Below, piece by piece: positions 53,320-64,000 of a stretch of 64,000 bases of DNA (the first letter of the stretch is position 1; every line of letters begins with the position of its first letter). The stretch comes from Eledone cirrhosa (taxonomy: Eukaryota). A program made the position numbers and the translations under genes. The stretch lies in contig OZ024741.1 in assembly GCA_964016885.1 (NCBI GenBank), positions 382,478,001 to 382,542,000 of the forward strand. Reading direction: 5' to 3'. The notes beneath the pieces were generated by a model. It did no database searches and was not told the origin of the DNA. It worked only from the letters and a program-made list of their open reading frames with translations.

Positions 53320-54757
53320 ATTTATTAATGCATGGACAGTTATATGACCTCCTTTTCAGCCGAGAGACATACCAATACATATTCAAACATTGATACATAT
53401 TCAAACATTGTGGGTCAACTTTCATTACAGAATTTAGAGTGGCAGTACACACTTCGAGATTACATTTATATTAATAGGTACAATCAAAAATCAAAGATAT
53501 AGGTTAAAGTACAACATGAAGATAAGTGGTTATATAGTGCAAATGTGTGGCACGCATGTGCGTCTTGTTTATATAGTGTGGCAGAGAGATATGTGTGGTA
53601 GAGGCACTTAGGTAGGTAAATAAGAGTGTTAGGTTGGTAGATCTGGTGGCAAAATCTTTATATGATTGATATAGTCTGTGTGTGGAGAAATATTATAAGC
53701 ATTAAAGATAGTGCAAGCATTAAAAGTGTTATAAGTATTGGAGATGCACAGCGCAGGGATGTCAAGTAATTCATGTACTTCGGCATTTTCATGGTCAAGG
53801 GAGTGTATATTTCGATTATATGCCTTTCACATAATCCACGACAATCCAGTTAGAGATCGTAGTCTGGTGTTCTTTAGTTCGATACAGGAGGTTGTTACGT
53901 TTCGAGAAACGCCATTGAATACCGGAAGTGTGTGTGTGGCTAAGGGGAGTTAATGCATGCGGGGGGGGGGGGTAACTCTGGGGTTTCTATATCTAGCCAT
54001 TAAAATGTGTCCCAATATAGACCCTAAATTCTATGGTGAAGTGCACCTTCCAAGAGAGACTTTTAAAGCATAAAGTGTATTAACTATAGAGTAGTTTAAC
54101 TAAGTTATGCTGAAGGTGATCATATTATTATGGTGGATTAACCCATCTTAAGGTGCTACAAATGGAAATTATAGATGATGAGCGAGGATTCTAAATTAAT
54201 GATCTCTATGGTTGTAGTCTGCTCATATGACCAGGCGTGGTGATTGCAGGATTGCTTCAGGACCCAATGATCTCTGGTAAGATCTGGGTCATCGCTTGCT
54301 ACATTGGATGTCGAAAGATAATCGTCCCCAGGCAAGCCAAAGGTCAATCCGCAGTCCTCGCGACCCCTCTCTGACCGTCAGATCATCCATATACGTACAA
54401 CCCGCACGGCAGTTGCATTGCATTCACTCACTGCGCTCAGCGGCCCGGTCCTACTGGTCAACAGCGCTACTCGATTAAATCATTTTACATCTGTCTAAGG
54501 AAGGTGTTTCCTCTGCCCAACACCATCCAACCGATCAATTCATGCTCAAATTACTCTTAGAGCGGTGTAGTGCCGTTCAAGTGGGTGGATGTTGTCACAA
54601 CTGCCGTAGAGGTATAAATGGGTATTTTCCCTGCGAAGGGTTCCAGAGGGATGTCGTTGTTTGTGTTATAATGGATCAGCTAGTGTTGGGTATGTAGTAT
54701 AGGGTGTGTCTCTGGTGTTTGATGCTAGATGTGGTGTTAGGTTCCAGTCCGACATTG

Positions 54758-57217
54758 CTATATATAGGGCTTAAAGTTTTGGAAGGAATGTCTGAGGCGG
54801 TGCTGGCAAGTTGCAAACACCTCAGATTTTTTGTTAAGTAGGTTACGGTTGGAGAAGATAATATTGTGTGTCTCTAGTATACAGAGGTTACAGAATTTAT
54901 TAGGTGGTTTGTACGAGGTCGCGCTGCCTATCACTTCCCATTTGAGTGTGTATGGTTTATTTTTAGATTTTAGATAGTGTATGTAGCTAGAAAGTGAGGT
55001 GGAGTTGGCTAGGCTGTGCTTTTTGAACGAGTGGATGTGCGAGTTATATCTGATTTTGAAGCAGTTAGAAGTGGAGCCTACATAGGTTTCTGAAGAGTTA
55101 TTAGTCGTGACTGTGCATGAGTATATGACATCCTTGGTTAGGCATTTTTTATCTAAAGGGCAGGTTCTATTAGCTCTACAGTTACAATTATCCTGTGCGT
55201 TAGTCCGCTGGTTATAATGCAATGCGGAAGTCTGTGTGGTGGATATAGGATTTTGGGTGTTCGGGTTGACAACCCTGGTGTTATTACTTATACTAGTGTT
55301 ATTTCTATTGTTACTGCCGTTGCTATGGTTGCTTGCTACAGTGGTATTTAGAGGGTTTGCATCCCTTTGTGATTTTGTTTGTTGGAAGTAAGAACTAATT
55401 TTACTATTATTGCTGCTAGCTATGTGGTATGCTAAGTTAGGCGTCGTAGAGTATGAGATTTTAATGGTGTTTTTGTTTAAGAGGTTGTGGTACTTGTGTC
55501 CTAGAGGGAAGTTTTTATCTAGTAGTGAGAAGAAAGCCCTAGGTATGTTGGTGGAGACATTTAGGTTGAAAGGAGGGTTGAAAAATGTATTATTTCTTCT
55601 TCTATTTTTGCTTTTAGTGTTTGGTGTGTTGCTTCCTCCTAAGGCCCCACAGTAGTTTCCATGGTAATGGTTACTTCCGGTGGCACCCTCCGCTTTGGTG
55701 TACTTGTGGTTGCTATTCCTATTATTAGATTTCCTCATGGACATGTTGTGCGAGATGATGTTGTAGCTATGTGTTTTCTTAGGTAGGAACTCAATTTCTA
55801 TATTATGGCCGGAGCTAGCTAATGCTTGATTGTAATATTGTGAGTTTTTGCTAAATATGTTTGCGTCATAGGACAGACTAGAGATTCTATTGGACACCCC
55901 CTTAGAGATAGAGTTTAATATTGATCTAGGGTGATTAGACTTGGTATCTACGTAAATAAGTTTCTCATTAGGCTTATGGAAAGGTGTATATATTTTTGAG
56001 TCTAGGTATAGTGTGGCGTCTAGGAAGTTAACATTTTTAGTGTTTTTGTCCATGGTGATACTAAGGTTAAAGTTTTTGAATGTCTTATGCAGTTGTTTTC
56101 TAGTTCTTTCTATATTAAATTTTTTATATTCTATGAGTAGAAGTGCATCATCGCGGTACAAACCACCGTTGCGGTAAGGGAGGTCTTTATGGATTTCATT
56201 GAGGGGGTATAGGCCGACCAAATCAGTGACCTGCGCCGAGTCACTAGATCCCATGGTTATGTCGAAGTTGTTGTGCGTATCCTTGCGTGTCCATAGTTGG
56301 TCCTCGAAGGTGATTATAGTTTTACGGGCCGCAAGGATGACATCAACCTGGGCTCTAGTCAGGTCGCTATTGGTCATGGCCATGATAAGTGCCTTATTTA
56401 ATAGGATAGGGGAAATAGAGGTGTAGTATGAATTGATATCAAATTGAATAAATTTTTTGTTCTTATTATTCTTGATATCCTTGAACCATTCAATTACTTC
56501 ACCCGTATTTCCCCATTGTTTAAGGTGTATCTTGTGTTTAATTTGTGGGATGATTTTATCCAAAATCTTCTTGCTGATAATACCAATGTCGGACTTGGAA
56601 GGGCAGATAAGTCTTATCGTGGGGTTGCTGATGAAGTTCTCCTTATGGTCCTTCAGAGAGAATCTAGGGGGGTTCGGAGTGAAAGGTTGTGTATGCCTCT
56701 GTAGTCCTAGTTTAGACACTATATTATAACCCTCTACATTAATATCTTCTAAGTTTTTCAAGGTGGTTTTTTTGTAGCTTTTATGTAGTTCATTATATAT
56801 AAACTTTCTATAAGTAATATAATCTAGTCTGTATATGTTATTAGTTTTATCTGCGTGTACAATAATTTTATTACTAGTTTTGAATCCATTAATAGAAGTG
56901 TTAAGTTTGTTTAAGAAGGTGTTGCTTCTAATATGGTGCTTATTGTATTTAATGTTCTTAACTAGTTTAACTAGGTCATTTTCAAAGGAGTTAAGTAGAG
57001 TGTTATGAGGGGGGCTTTTAAAGGTTTTAAAGCCGAAGGAGTCAAAATTGTTAGTATTATTCAAGTTGTTAGATTTGTTTCTATCATAATGGAATGTGCT
57101 CCATCTCACTCTATTGATAAATGAATTTACACTGTTGATCAGCAATTTCTCATATGTATTCCTGGATGGTATTGGTATGTTCTTGGTTGACATGGGGAGT
57201 TGGTCTTTGATTAGCAT
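54758..57217 (-). CDS. Intact PLE polyprotein: reverse transcriptase + C-terminal GIY-YIG endonuclease (819 aa)
   Basis: KNIPIPS N-terminus, ADKT, LKDHK, RLICP, QFDINSYY, FDITMGS, GLYRDD, CNCRANRTCPL, VIY..YVGST..FKIRYNSH, CNLC..E..LLN..CQH. Confidence 0.95.
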   Translation of the reverse strand: MLIKDQLPMSTKNIPIPSRNTYEKLLINSVNSFINRVRWSTFHYDRNKSNNLNNTNNFDSFGFKTFKSPPHNTLLNSFENDLVKLVKNIKYNKHHIRSNTFLNKLNTSINGFKTSNKIIVHADKTNNIYRLDYITYRKFIYNELHKSYKKTTLKNLEDINVEGYNIVSKLGLQRHTQPFTPNPPRFSLKDHKENFISNPTIRLICPSKSDIGIISKKILDKIIPQIKHKIHLKQWGNTGEVIEWFKDIKNNKNKKFIQFDINSYYTSISPILLNKALIMAMTNSDLTRAQVDVILAARKTIITFEDQLWTRKDTHNNFDITMGSSDSAQVTDLVGLYPLNEIHKDLPYRNGGLYRDDALLLIEYKKFNIERTRKQLHKTFKNFNLSITMDKNTKNVNFLDATLYLDSKIYTPFHKPNEKLIYVDTKSNHPRSILNSISKGVSNRISSLSYDANIFSKNSQYYNQALASSGHNIEIEFLPKKTHSYNIISHNMSMRKSNNRNSNHKYTKAEGATGSNHYHGNYCGALGGSNTPNTKSKNRRRNNTFFNPPFNLNVSTNIPRAFFSLLDKNFPLGHKYHNLLNKNTIKISYSTTPNLAYHIASSNNSKISSYFQQTKSQRDANPLNTTVASNHSNGSNNRNNTSISNNTRVVNPNTQNPISTTQTSALHYNQRTNAQDNCNCRANRTCPLDKKCLTKDVIYSCTVTTNNSSETYVGSTSNCFKIRYNSHIHSFKKHSLANSTSLSSYIHYLKSKNKPYTLKWEVIGSATSYKPPNKFCNLCILETHNIIFSNRNLLNKKSEVFATCQHRLRHSFQNFKPYI

Positions 57218-58688
57218 ATTGGCAATATTATATGTCAGCTCAACGATATGGAGCAGTTAATAGTATTAGTTATACTATTTATGGTTATGTAAATACAAAA
57301 CCTTAAGCAGTTGTAAGTATTTTACACACACCCTAAATAGTGGTAGGCAGTAATGTATTACTACCTTATTACCAGTAAGTTAAGTAGCTCAATGTAAACA
57401 CATCAGATGATTTACAGAGCAGTTATATGAAATATAAGAATCAAGGAACTGTTCAAAACATTATTGTGCTTACAGCTGTTTCCTCCAAACCGAGGTTTGG
57501 ATTCTTCGGAGCAATTTATTAATGCATGGACAGTTATATGACCTCCTTTTCAGCCGAGAGACATACCAATACATATTCAAACATTGATACATATTCAAAC
57601 ATTGTGGGTCAACATTCATTACAGAATTTAGAGTGGCAGTACACACTTCGAGATTACATTTATATTAATAGGTACAATCAAAAATCAAAGATATAGGTTA
57701 AAGTACAACATGAAGATAAGTGGTTATATAGTGCAAATGTGTGGCACGCATGTGCGTCTTGTTTATATAGTGTGGCAGAGAGATATGTGTTGTAGAGGCA
57801 CTTAGGTAGGTAAATAAGAGTGTTAGGTTGGTAGATCTGGTGGCAAAATCTTTATATGATTGATATAGTCTGTGTGTGGAGAAATATTATAAGCATTAAA
57901 GATAGTGCAAGCATTAAAAGTGTTATAAGTATTGGAGATGCACAGCGCAGGGATGTCAAGTAATTCATGTACTTCGGCATTTTCATGGTCAAGGGAGTGT
58001 ATATTTCGATTATATGCCTTTCACATAATCCACGACAATCCAGTTAGAGATCGTAGTCTGGTGTTCTTTAGTTCGATACAGGAGGTTGTTACGTTTCGAG
58101 AAACGCCATTGAATACCGGAAGTGTGTGTGTGGCTAAGGGGAGTTAATGCATGCGGGGGGGGGGGGGGGGTTTAACTCTGGGGTTTCTATATCTAGCCAT
58201 TAAAATGTGTCCCAATATAGACCCTAAATTCTATGGTGAAGTGCACCTTCCAAGATAGACTTTTAAAGCATAAAGTGTATTAACTATAGAGTAGTTTAAC
58301 TAAGTTATGCTGAAGGTGATCATATTATTATGGTGGATTAACCCATCTTAAGGTGCTACAAATGGTGAATATGCTGAATATGTATTGGTATGTCTCTCGG
58401 CTGAAAAGGAGGTCATATAACTGTCCATGCATTAATAAATTGCTCCGAAGAATCCAAACCTCGGTTTGGAGGAAACAGCTTTAAGCACAATAATGTTTTG
58501 AACAGTTCCTTGATTCTTATATTTCATATAACTGCTCTGTAAATCATCTGATGTTTTTACATTGAGCTACTTAACTTACTGGTAATAAGGTAGTAATACA
58601 TCACTGCCTACCACTATTTAGGGTGTGTGTAAAATACTTACAACTGCTTAAGGTTTTGTATTTACATAACCATAAATAGTATAACTAA

Positions 58689-58795
<107 letters not shown>

Positions 58796-58836
58796 CAGAG
58801 AGAGATTGAGAGTAGGAGAGAAAGAGTCTGCTCCAC

Positions 58837-58952
58837 ACAAATTAGCAAACCAAACGCGAGGACACGCTTTTCAGCTACCATATTTTCAACTCGTGTGATG
58901 TTGAAATTCGCTAGATGAGACCCGCGTCCAGGAGTACGGTTTGCTAATTTGT
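58837..58952. repeat. 15-bp inverted repeat enclosing a GC-richer structured island
   Basis: acaaattagcaaacc ... ggtttgctaatttgt, in a ~250-bp island between microsatellites. Confidence 0.6.
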
Positions 58953-59042
58953 TGTTGAACTAACGCTTTGCCGGAATCGTCCTCTAGACTGAGTGTTCTA
59001 CTTACTATGGATATAATCTCCCGTTATTTATTACCACGACAT

Positions 59043-59139
<97 letters not shown>

Positions 59140-61610
59140 AATATAAACTTTCTAGACGTAAACACAGTATAAATAGAACCCTTCCACAAAAATAATGAGA
59201 ATCTAGCCTACATTAGTTATAACTCGAACCACTCCCGATCCATAATTAACACCATAGCCCGTAGTGTATCCCTTAGAATATCACGCCTATCCTCAAACAA
59301 GAAACTGTTAATGAACATGTTAATTATTATAACGCAGCAATACATAAGGCTGGACACAAAGAAAAGCTGCAGTTTATAACAGATAAGGACAAGACAAACA
59401 TACCCATTAAAACCAACATTAACCACTCATACAAAAATAAAGGTAACATGACGAAGCATAGAACTAGGCAAGTAGCACCTAGAGTAGGAGGACTGAACAC
59501 TAATAGTAGAAACCCCAGAAACTATAGAAGAACTAGAGAAAGAAAATACCTATGGTGTAATCCGATCCTCAACTCTTCTATAAGAACTAAACTGCCTTCA
59601 ACGTTTTTTAAACTAATAGATAAACACTTCCCTACATCGCATAGATATCATAAAATCTTCAATAGAAAAACTATAAAACTGTCATACTCTACTGCAGCCA
59701 ACATTGAATCGCACATACGCAAGATCAACGACAAAAATACCTCTAAGAAAACTATCCCACCTATACGCAACCTAGCACCAAACACTAAACACAAACACAT
59801 TAGTGTATATCAACCACAAACGCACAGGAACATACCACAGCAAAACTTCAATAGGCATGAATCACAACCCGCACACAACATTTTTGAAAACCGCAATGTG
59901 AAAGCTGCACGGAATAATACTGCAAACTGGAATTCTCACCTACCAGAGAAGTGCCTATTGGCGAATATATGCCTAGATTCTAAGCTAGTATACATGTGTA
60001 CTGTAAACTCGGGCAACTCCACATGGCACTACATTGGATCCACCGCGGGTATTTAAAAAAAAGGTGGTATGTACACAGACATTAAATGAAGAACCGTGCA
60101 CTGGTAAATTCTACAACCCTCGCCAATAAAATCTGGCAACTGAAGGACAAAAACCTTGATTACAAAATTAGCTGGTCGAAATTAGCGACCGCAAAGGCCT
60201 ATAGCAGCGGTATGTCCCATTGCGGGCTCTGCAAAGTTGAATTGCTACATATCTTAAGGAACGATAAAATGCTACTCAACAGCAAAATAGAAAGGTCAAT
60301 TTTATGCAGACATAGGATTGCTACAAAATTCGCGAGATTTAAACCACGGTGATTCGAACAAGCATCCCCTATGTTAATGGAATATCACTTAGTATTTAAC
60401 ATATGAAATCAGCATTCTCACACAGCCCACTTCAGAACCATAACCTCTATAAACACCTTCCAGCCTCCCTACATCTATACCACTAGGATGGGGCAGTAAC
60501 GCCTACAATTATCTTGTCAGCCCATAAATCAATCCCATCTTTGCTGTTGTTTATTCCTTCGGACCAAACAATTATATCTACATATCTCATATTAGCACTC
60601 ATGATCTCTAACAGATAAACTTAATTCTAAGTACATTATCTAATTACTCCTACACTCCTTGACATCTTATTTTCTTATTAATATTATGATCATCTCAATG
60701 TAACCCTAATGTTATTCATCATGTTCTCTCTATTTACCATGCATATTTTATTATTTTATTACTTTTAATGTCTCTATTATTGTTGTAATTATTGTCTTAT
60801 TTATACACTATTTGTTATTATTCTCTTATTTATACACTATTTGTTATTATTGTCTTATTTATACACTATTTGTTATTATTGTCTTATTTATACACTATTT
60901 GTTATTAATGTTGTGAAAATTAAACCCTCATGATTCGAACTAACAATCCCAACTTTTAGAATAGGCCACCTAAAACCTTTAAATACCGAATCTACAACTT
61001 CACTTAATACCACATAAAACCCATATATATCTATGCACCCGCCCTATCATTCTCACTAAGTTAATACAACGAAAATACTTATCTATCAAACTATAAATCA
61101 ATCTCCGGTTTATTGCTAGTGTGCTTTTAGACCTACAGCACACGTATATACCTCATAATTACTCCTAAATCCTAACTCCAAGCACATTTTATCAGTTATC
61201 TCTTCACCACCTTAGTACTAAATCTAATGTACCATATAGCAGTTTTCACATGTCAATTTCATACATCTGTATTATATCAGTTCGTTTAATATGCTAGGTT
61301 TATCTTTATACTCTATTTCTTACTTGTATTTATGTTATTATTCTAACTATTCAGTATCTAGTTATTTTATTATTGTTATTATTGTTCGGATTTAATACCA
61401 CTCCTCTATAAAAGCCATGCCTGGAGTATCTTCCTCACTTTCGCACGCTCTGATAAAACGACTGGTTATGAACAAAGTATTGGCGTCGATTGACGCAGCA
61501 TCAAGCGAGTAGCGAACTCTAGACCTACCAGATCAAAGAAACAATTGTCAGCAATGTGAATAAAGCCCTTATTCTATAGCCAACAATGTCACTCTTCTTT
61601 CTTGAATTAT
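59140..61610 (+). mobile_element. 5'-truncated Hydra-type PLE (thumb, GIY-YIG, long 3' UTR, hammerhead-like motif at 61447-61552)
   Basis: LWCNP, KHFPTSHRYHKIFNRKTIKLSYS, LVY..HYIGST, CGLC..E..LLN..CRH; gct CTGATAA..GAAAC aatt GTC agc. Confidence 0.85.
60791..60906. repeat. 29-bp minisatellite, 4 copies
   Basis: Unit attgtcttatttatacactatttgttatt. Confidence 0.9.
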
Positions 61611-61805
61611 ATATATATGTAGATAAATCTACCAAAATGTACGGTAGTGTCCAATCCGTGTGAAGAACTCAATGTAATCCGAATATCATGAAAAGAGAAG
61701 ATGTATTCAAAAAAAATTTTCGGTGAAAAATAACGGAAAACAGAGTCAAGATAAATTAATAAAATAATGAATAAACAAAGAAACAGTTCCTTATATTAAA
61801 AAATT

Positions 61806-61941
61806 CATCATTTTACGATCGTTTCTAGGATATATATGTTAGTGTTGGTATGCATATCCTATAGATCTATGTAAAATTTTTACAAACTATCAGAGGGAAT
61901 ATACATACCTACACATATATATGCTGTCTTCAGAAATAATG
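61806..61941 (-). ncRNA. Type I hammerhead with ~100-nt stem II domain, inside a non-coding PLE-type 3' region (about 61620-62640, with internal ~235-bp duplication)
   Basis: cattattt CTGAAGA [~101 nt] GAAAC gatc GTA aaatgatg. Confidence 0.7.
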
Positions 61942-62645
61942 ATGTTTGTTTATTGAAAAAAACCAACAAAGATTTAATACAATAGGTCTGTTTGGGAACA
62001 GGTTTTGAATTGACCAATAGAAAGATAGTGAAGGTCAAGATGGTAAAATAGTAGTAAAAGAACATTAATTTATGGGTAGAGGAAGGTAGACTTCAGTTTT
62101 GGATGGAAAGAATATTATGAATGAAAGATTATTTTAGGGATGAAAATAGGTCATATGCTGACCTCAGAAATAATTATATTTGTTCATTGAATAAAACCAA
62201 CAAAGATTTAATATAGTAGGTCTGTTTGGGAACAGGTTTTGAATTGACCAATAGCAAGGTAATAATTGGCCAAATGGTAAAATAGTAGTTTATTTTAGGG
62301 GTAGAAGAAGGCAGATTTCAGTTTTGAATGGAAGGAGTATGAAGAATGAAAAGGTTATCTTAGGGGTGAAAATAGGTCAGGTCAGTAAAAGATACACGAA
62401 AGGTTGCTGTTATAAAAGTATAATGCCAATGTAAATATCTAAGGAGACTAAAATTTTACAATATAAGTGTTAGTGAAAAAAATATATATGGAATTTACAT
62501 CTATGAAAAGAATATAAATTAATTTAATTTATGGGTATATTTATATTGGTAAAATTATATTAATGCATATAGATATGATAAATAAGGGTTAGATGTAATT
62601 GAATAGTGCTGTTAAAGACGAGGGGAAATAAAAAAAATATAAATA

Positions 62646-62690
<45 letters not shown>

Positions 62691-62699
62691 TATTGGGGG

Positions 62700-64000
62700 G
62701 GGGGTAAATTTGGAAGGGCATATGGGCCTTATTGAAAATTACAATGAGTTCATATATAAAGAACTCAGGAAAAATTATAAAAAAACAAACAATGCGTCAC
62801 TTACCAACATCAACAACAAAACACACAACATAGTGAATAGACTTAATATTGAAGATAGAACTGAACTGTTGGCACTGAAAAGACCACATTTCAACCTGAA
62901 AGATCATAAATCTAACTTTAACTCTAATCCTTCTATAAGGCTTATATGCCCTTCCAAATCTGATATTGGAATCATTAGTAAAAAAAATTTTTTAGATAGA
63001 GTCATCCGACAACTAAGAAAACATGTTAATTTACCATTCTGGGAAAACACATCCCAGGTAATTAACTGGTTTAATAATACTAGAAATAAATCTTCTGCTT
63101 CATTTATACAATTTGATATAGATAATTATTATTCCTCTATATCACCTATACTCCTGAACAAAGCCTTGATATTTGCTAAAAATAGATCTAACTTAACTTT
63201 GGATGACATTAATATTATTACAAATGCTAGACAAACACTATTGAAATTTCAAAATGAATACTGGACCAGAAACACATATAGTAATCTATTCGATATTACT
63301 ATGGGCTCAAGAGATTCTGCCCAAATTACTGATCTTGAGGGCCTCTTTCTTCTTTTTCACATAAATGCTTCCTTTCCCCACCTTAAAGGTGGTTTATATC
63401 GTGACGACTGTCTTCTTCTTTCCAATAACCTTAGCCTTTCAGAGATAGAAAAAAATAAAAAGCTTATTAGAACTTTCCTCAAAGACTATTATAGTCTAGA
63501 TATTACATTTGAAAACACAAGTAAAGTAGTTAATTTCCTTCATATAACATTGGACTTATCTACGGGTATCTACCAACCTTACCATAAACCTAACCAAAAT
63601 TTACATTACATACACTCACAATCCAATCACCCTAAATCTATCCTTAAAAACCTAGCATATAATATCTCACTTAGAATTTCTAACCTTTCGTCTAACCAGG
63701 ATGTATTTGATAAAAATGCGACCTTTTATAACGAAGCTTTAGCTAGAAGTGGCCACAAAAATAAATTAGTATATATACCTTGTACCAATAACACTACACA
63801 CATACAGCCTAATATTACCAACAAACACCAAATGAAACATACATACCTAAATGCCACTCACACTATATCCCAAAATACTAACATAAAACCAAATTTCTCT
63901 AACCCTTCTAATATACAATACAGTAACTCTCAAAAAACTATTCATCCTACTACTCTAATAAATGTTAATAATAAAACTCCTAATAAACAAGCTAAAACAC
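62700..64000 (+). mobile_element. 5'-truncated Hydra-type PLE RT running off the window end
   Basis: FIYKELRKNYKK, LKDHK, RLICPSKSDIG, QFDIDNYY, FDITMGS, GGLYRDD, SNHP. Confidence 0.9.

Noticed and set aside
53738-53953. Identical 71-aa ORF occurring twice (also 57932-58147)
   Set aside because: Antisense ORF inside the duplicated pseudo-LTR, with no recognisable motif.
54758-57217. Selenoprotein-encoding (Naiad-type) PLE
   Set aside because: No in-frame TGA and the endonuclease is C-terminal. Stops in other PLE copies are mixed TAA/TAG/TGA with frameshifts, i.e. decay.
60791-60906. CRISPR-like 29-bp repeats
   Set aside because: No spacers; a simple minisatellite in eukaryotic DNA.

Overview
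AT-rich, microsatellite-dense animal genomic DNA. The tRNA-derived SINE family and repeat landscape suggest a cephalopod such as Octopus (inference). No host gene can be called with confidence; there are only four candidate micro-exons. Most recognisable sequence is retroelement-derived: a decayed Tx1/L1-type LINE, a near full-length R4/Dong RLE retrotransposon, an RTE-type LINE with a 5' inversion, several tRNA-SINEs, a MITE-like fold-back, and about ten Penelope-like elements (PLEs) of several lineages. One PLE has an intact 819-aa RT + GIY-YIG ORF and near-identical pseudo-LTRs. The main hidden structure is about 25 hand-folded type I hammerhead ribozyme motifs from many sequence families, including recurring core variants (U4C, U4A, compensatory U3-A8) and very large stem II domains. 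They lie at 3' ends that abut (TA)n and are often duplicated in inverted orientation. Other highlights: a non-coding 524-bp hammerhead-bearing tandem unit (retrozyme-like), a C-terminal-endonuclease PLE with an extra ~65 aa in the RT fingers, and a ribozyme 3' module shared by unrelated PLEs. Coordinates were read by eye and element boundaries are approximate.
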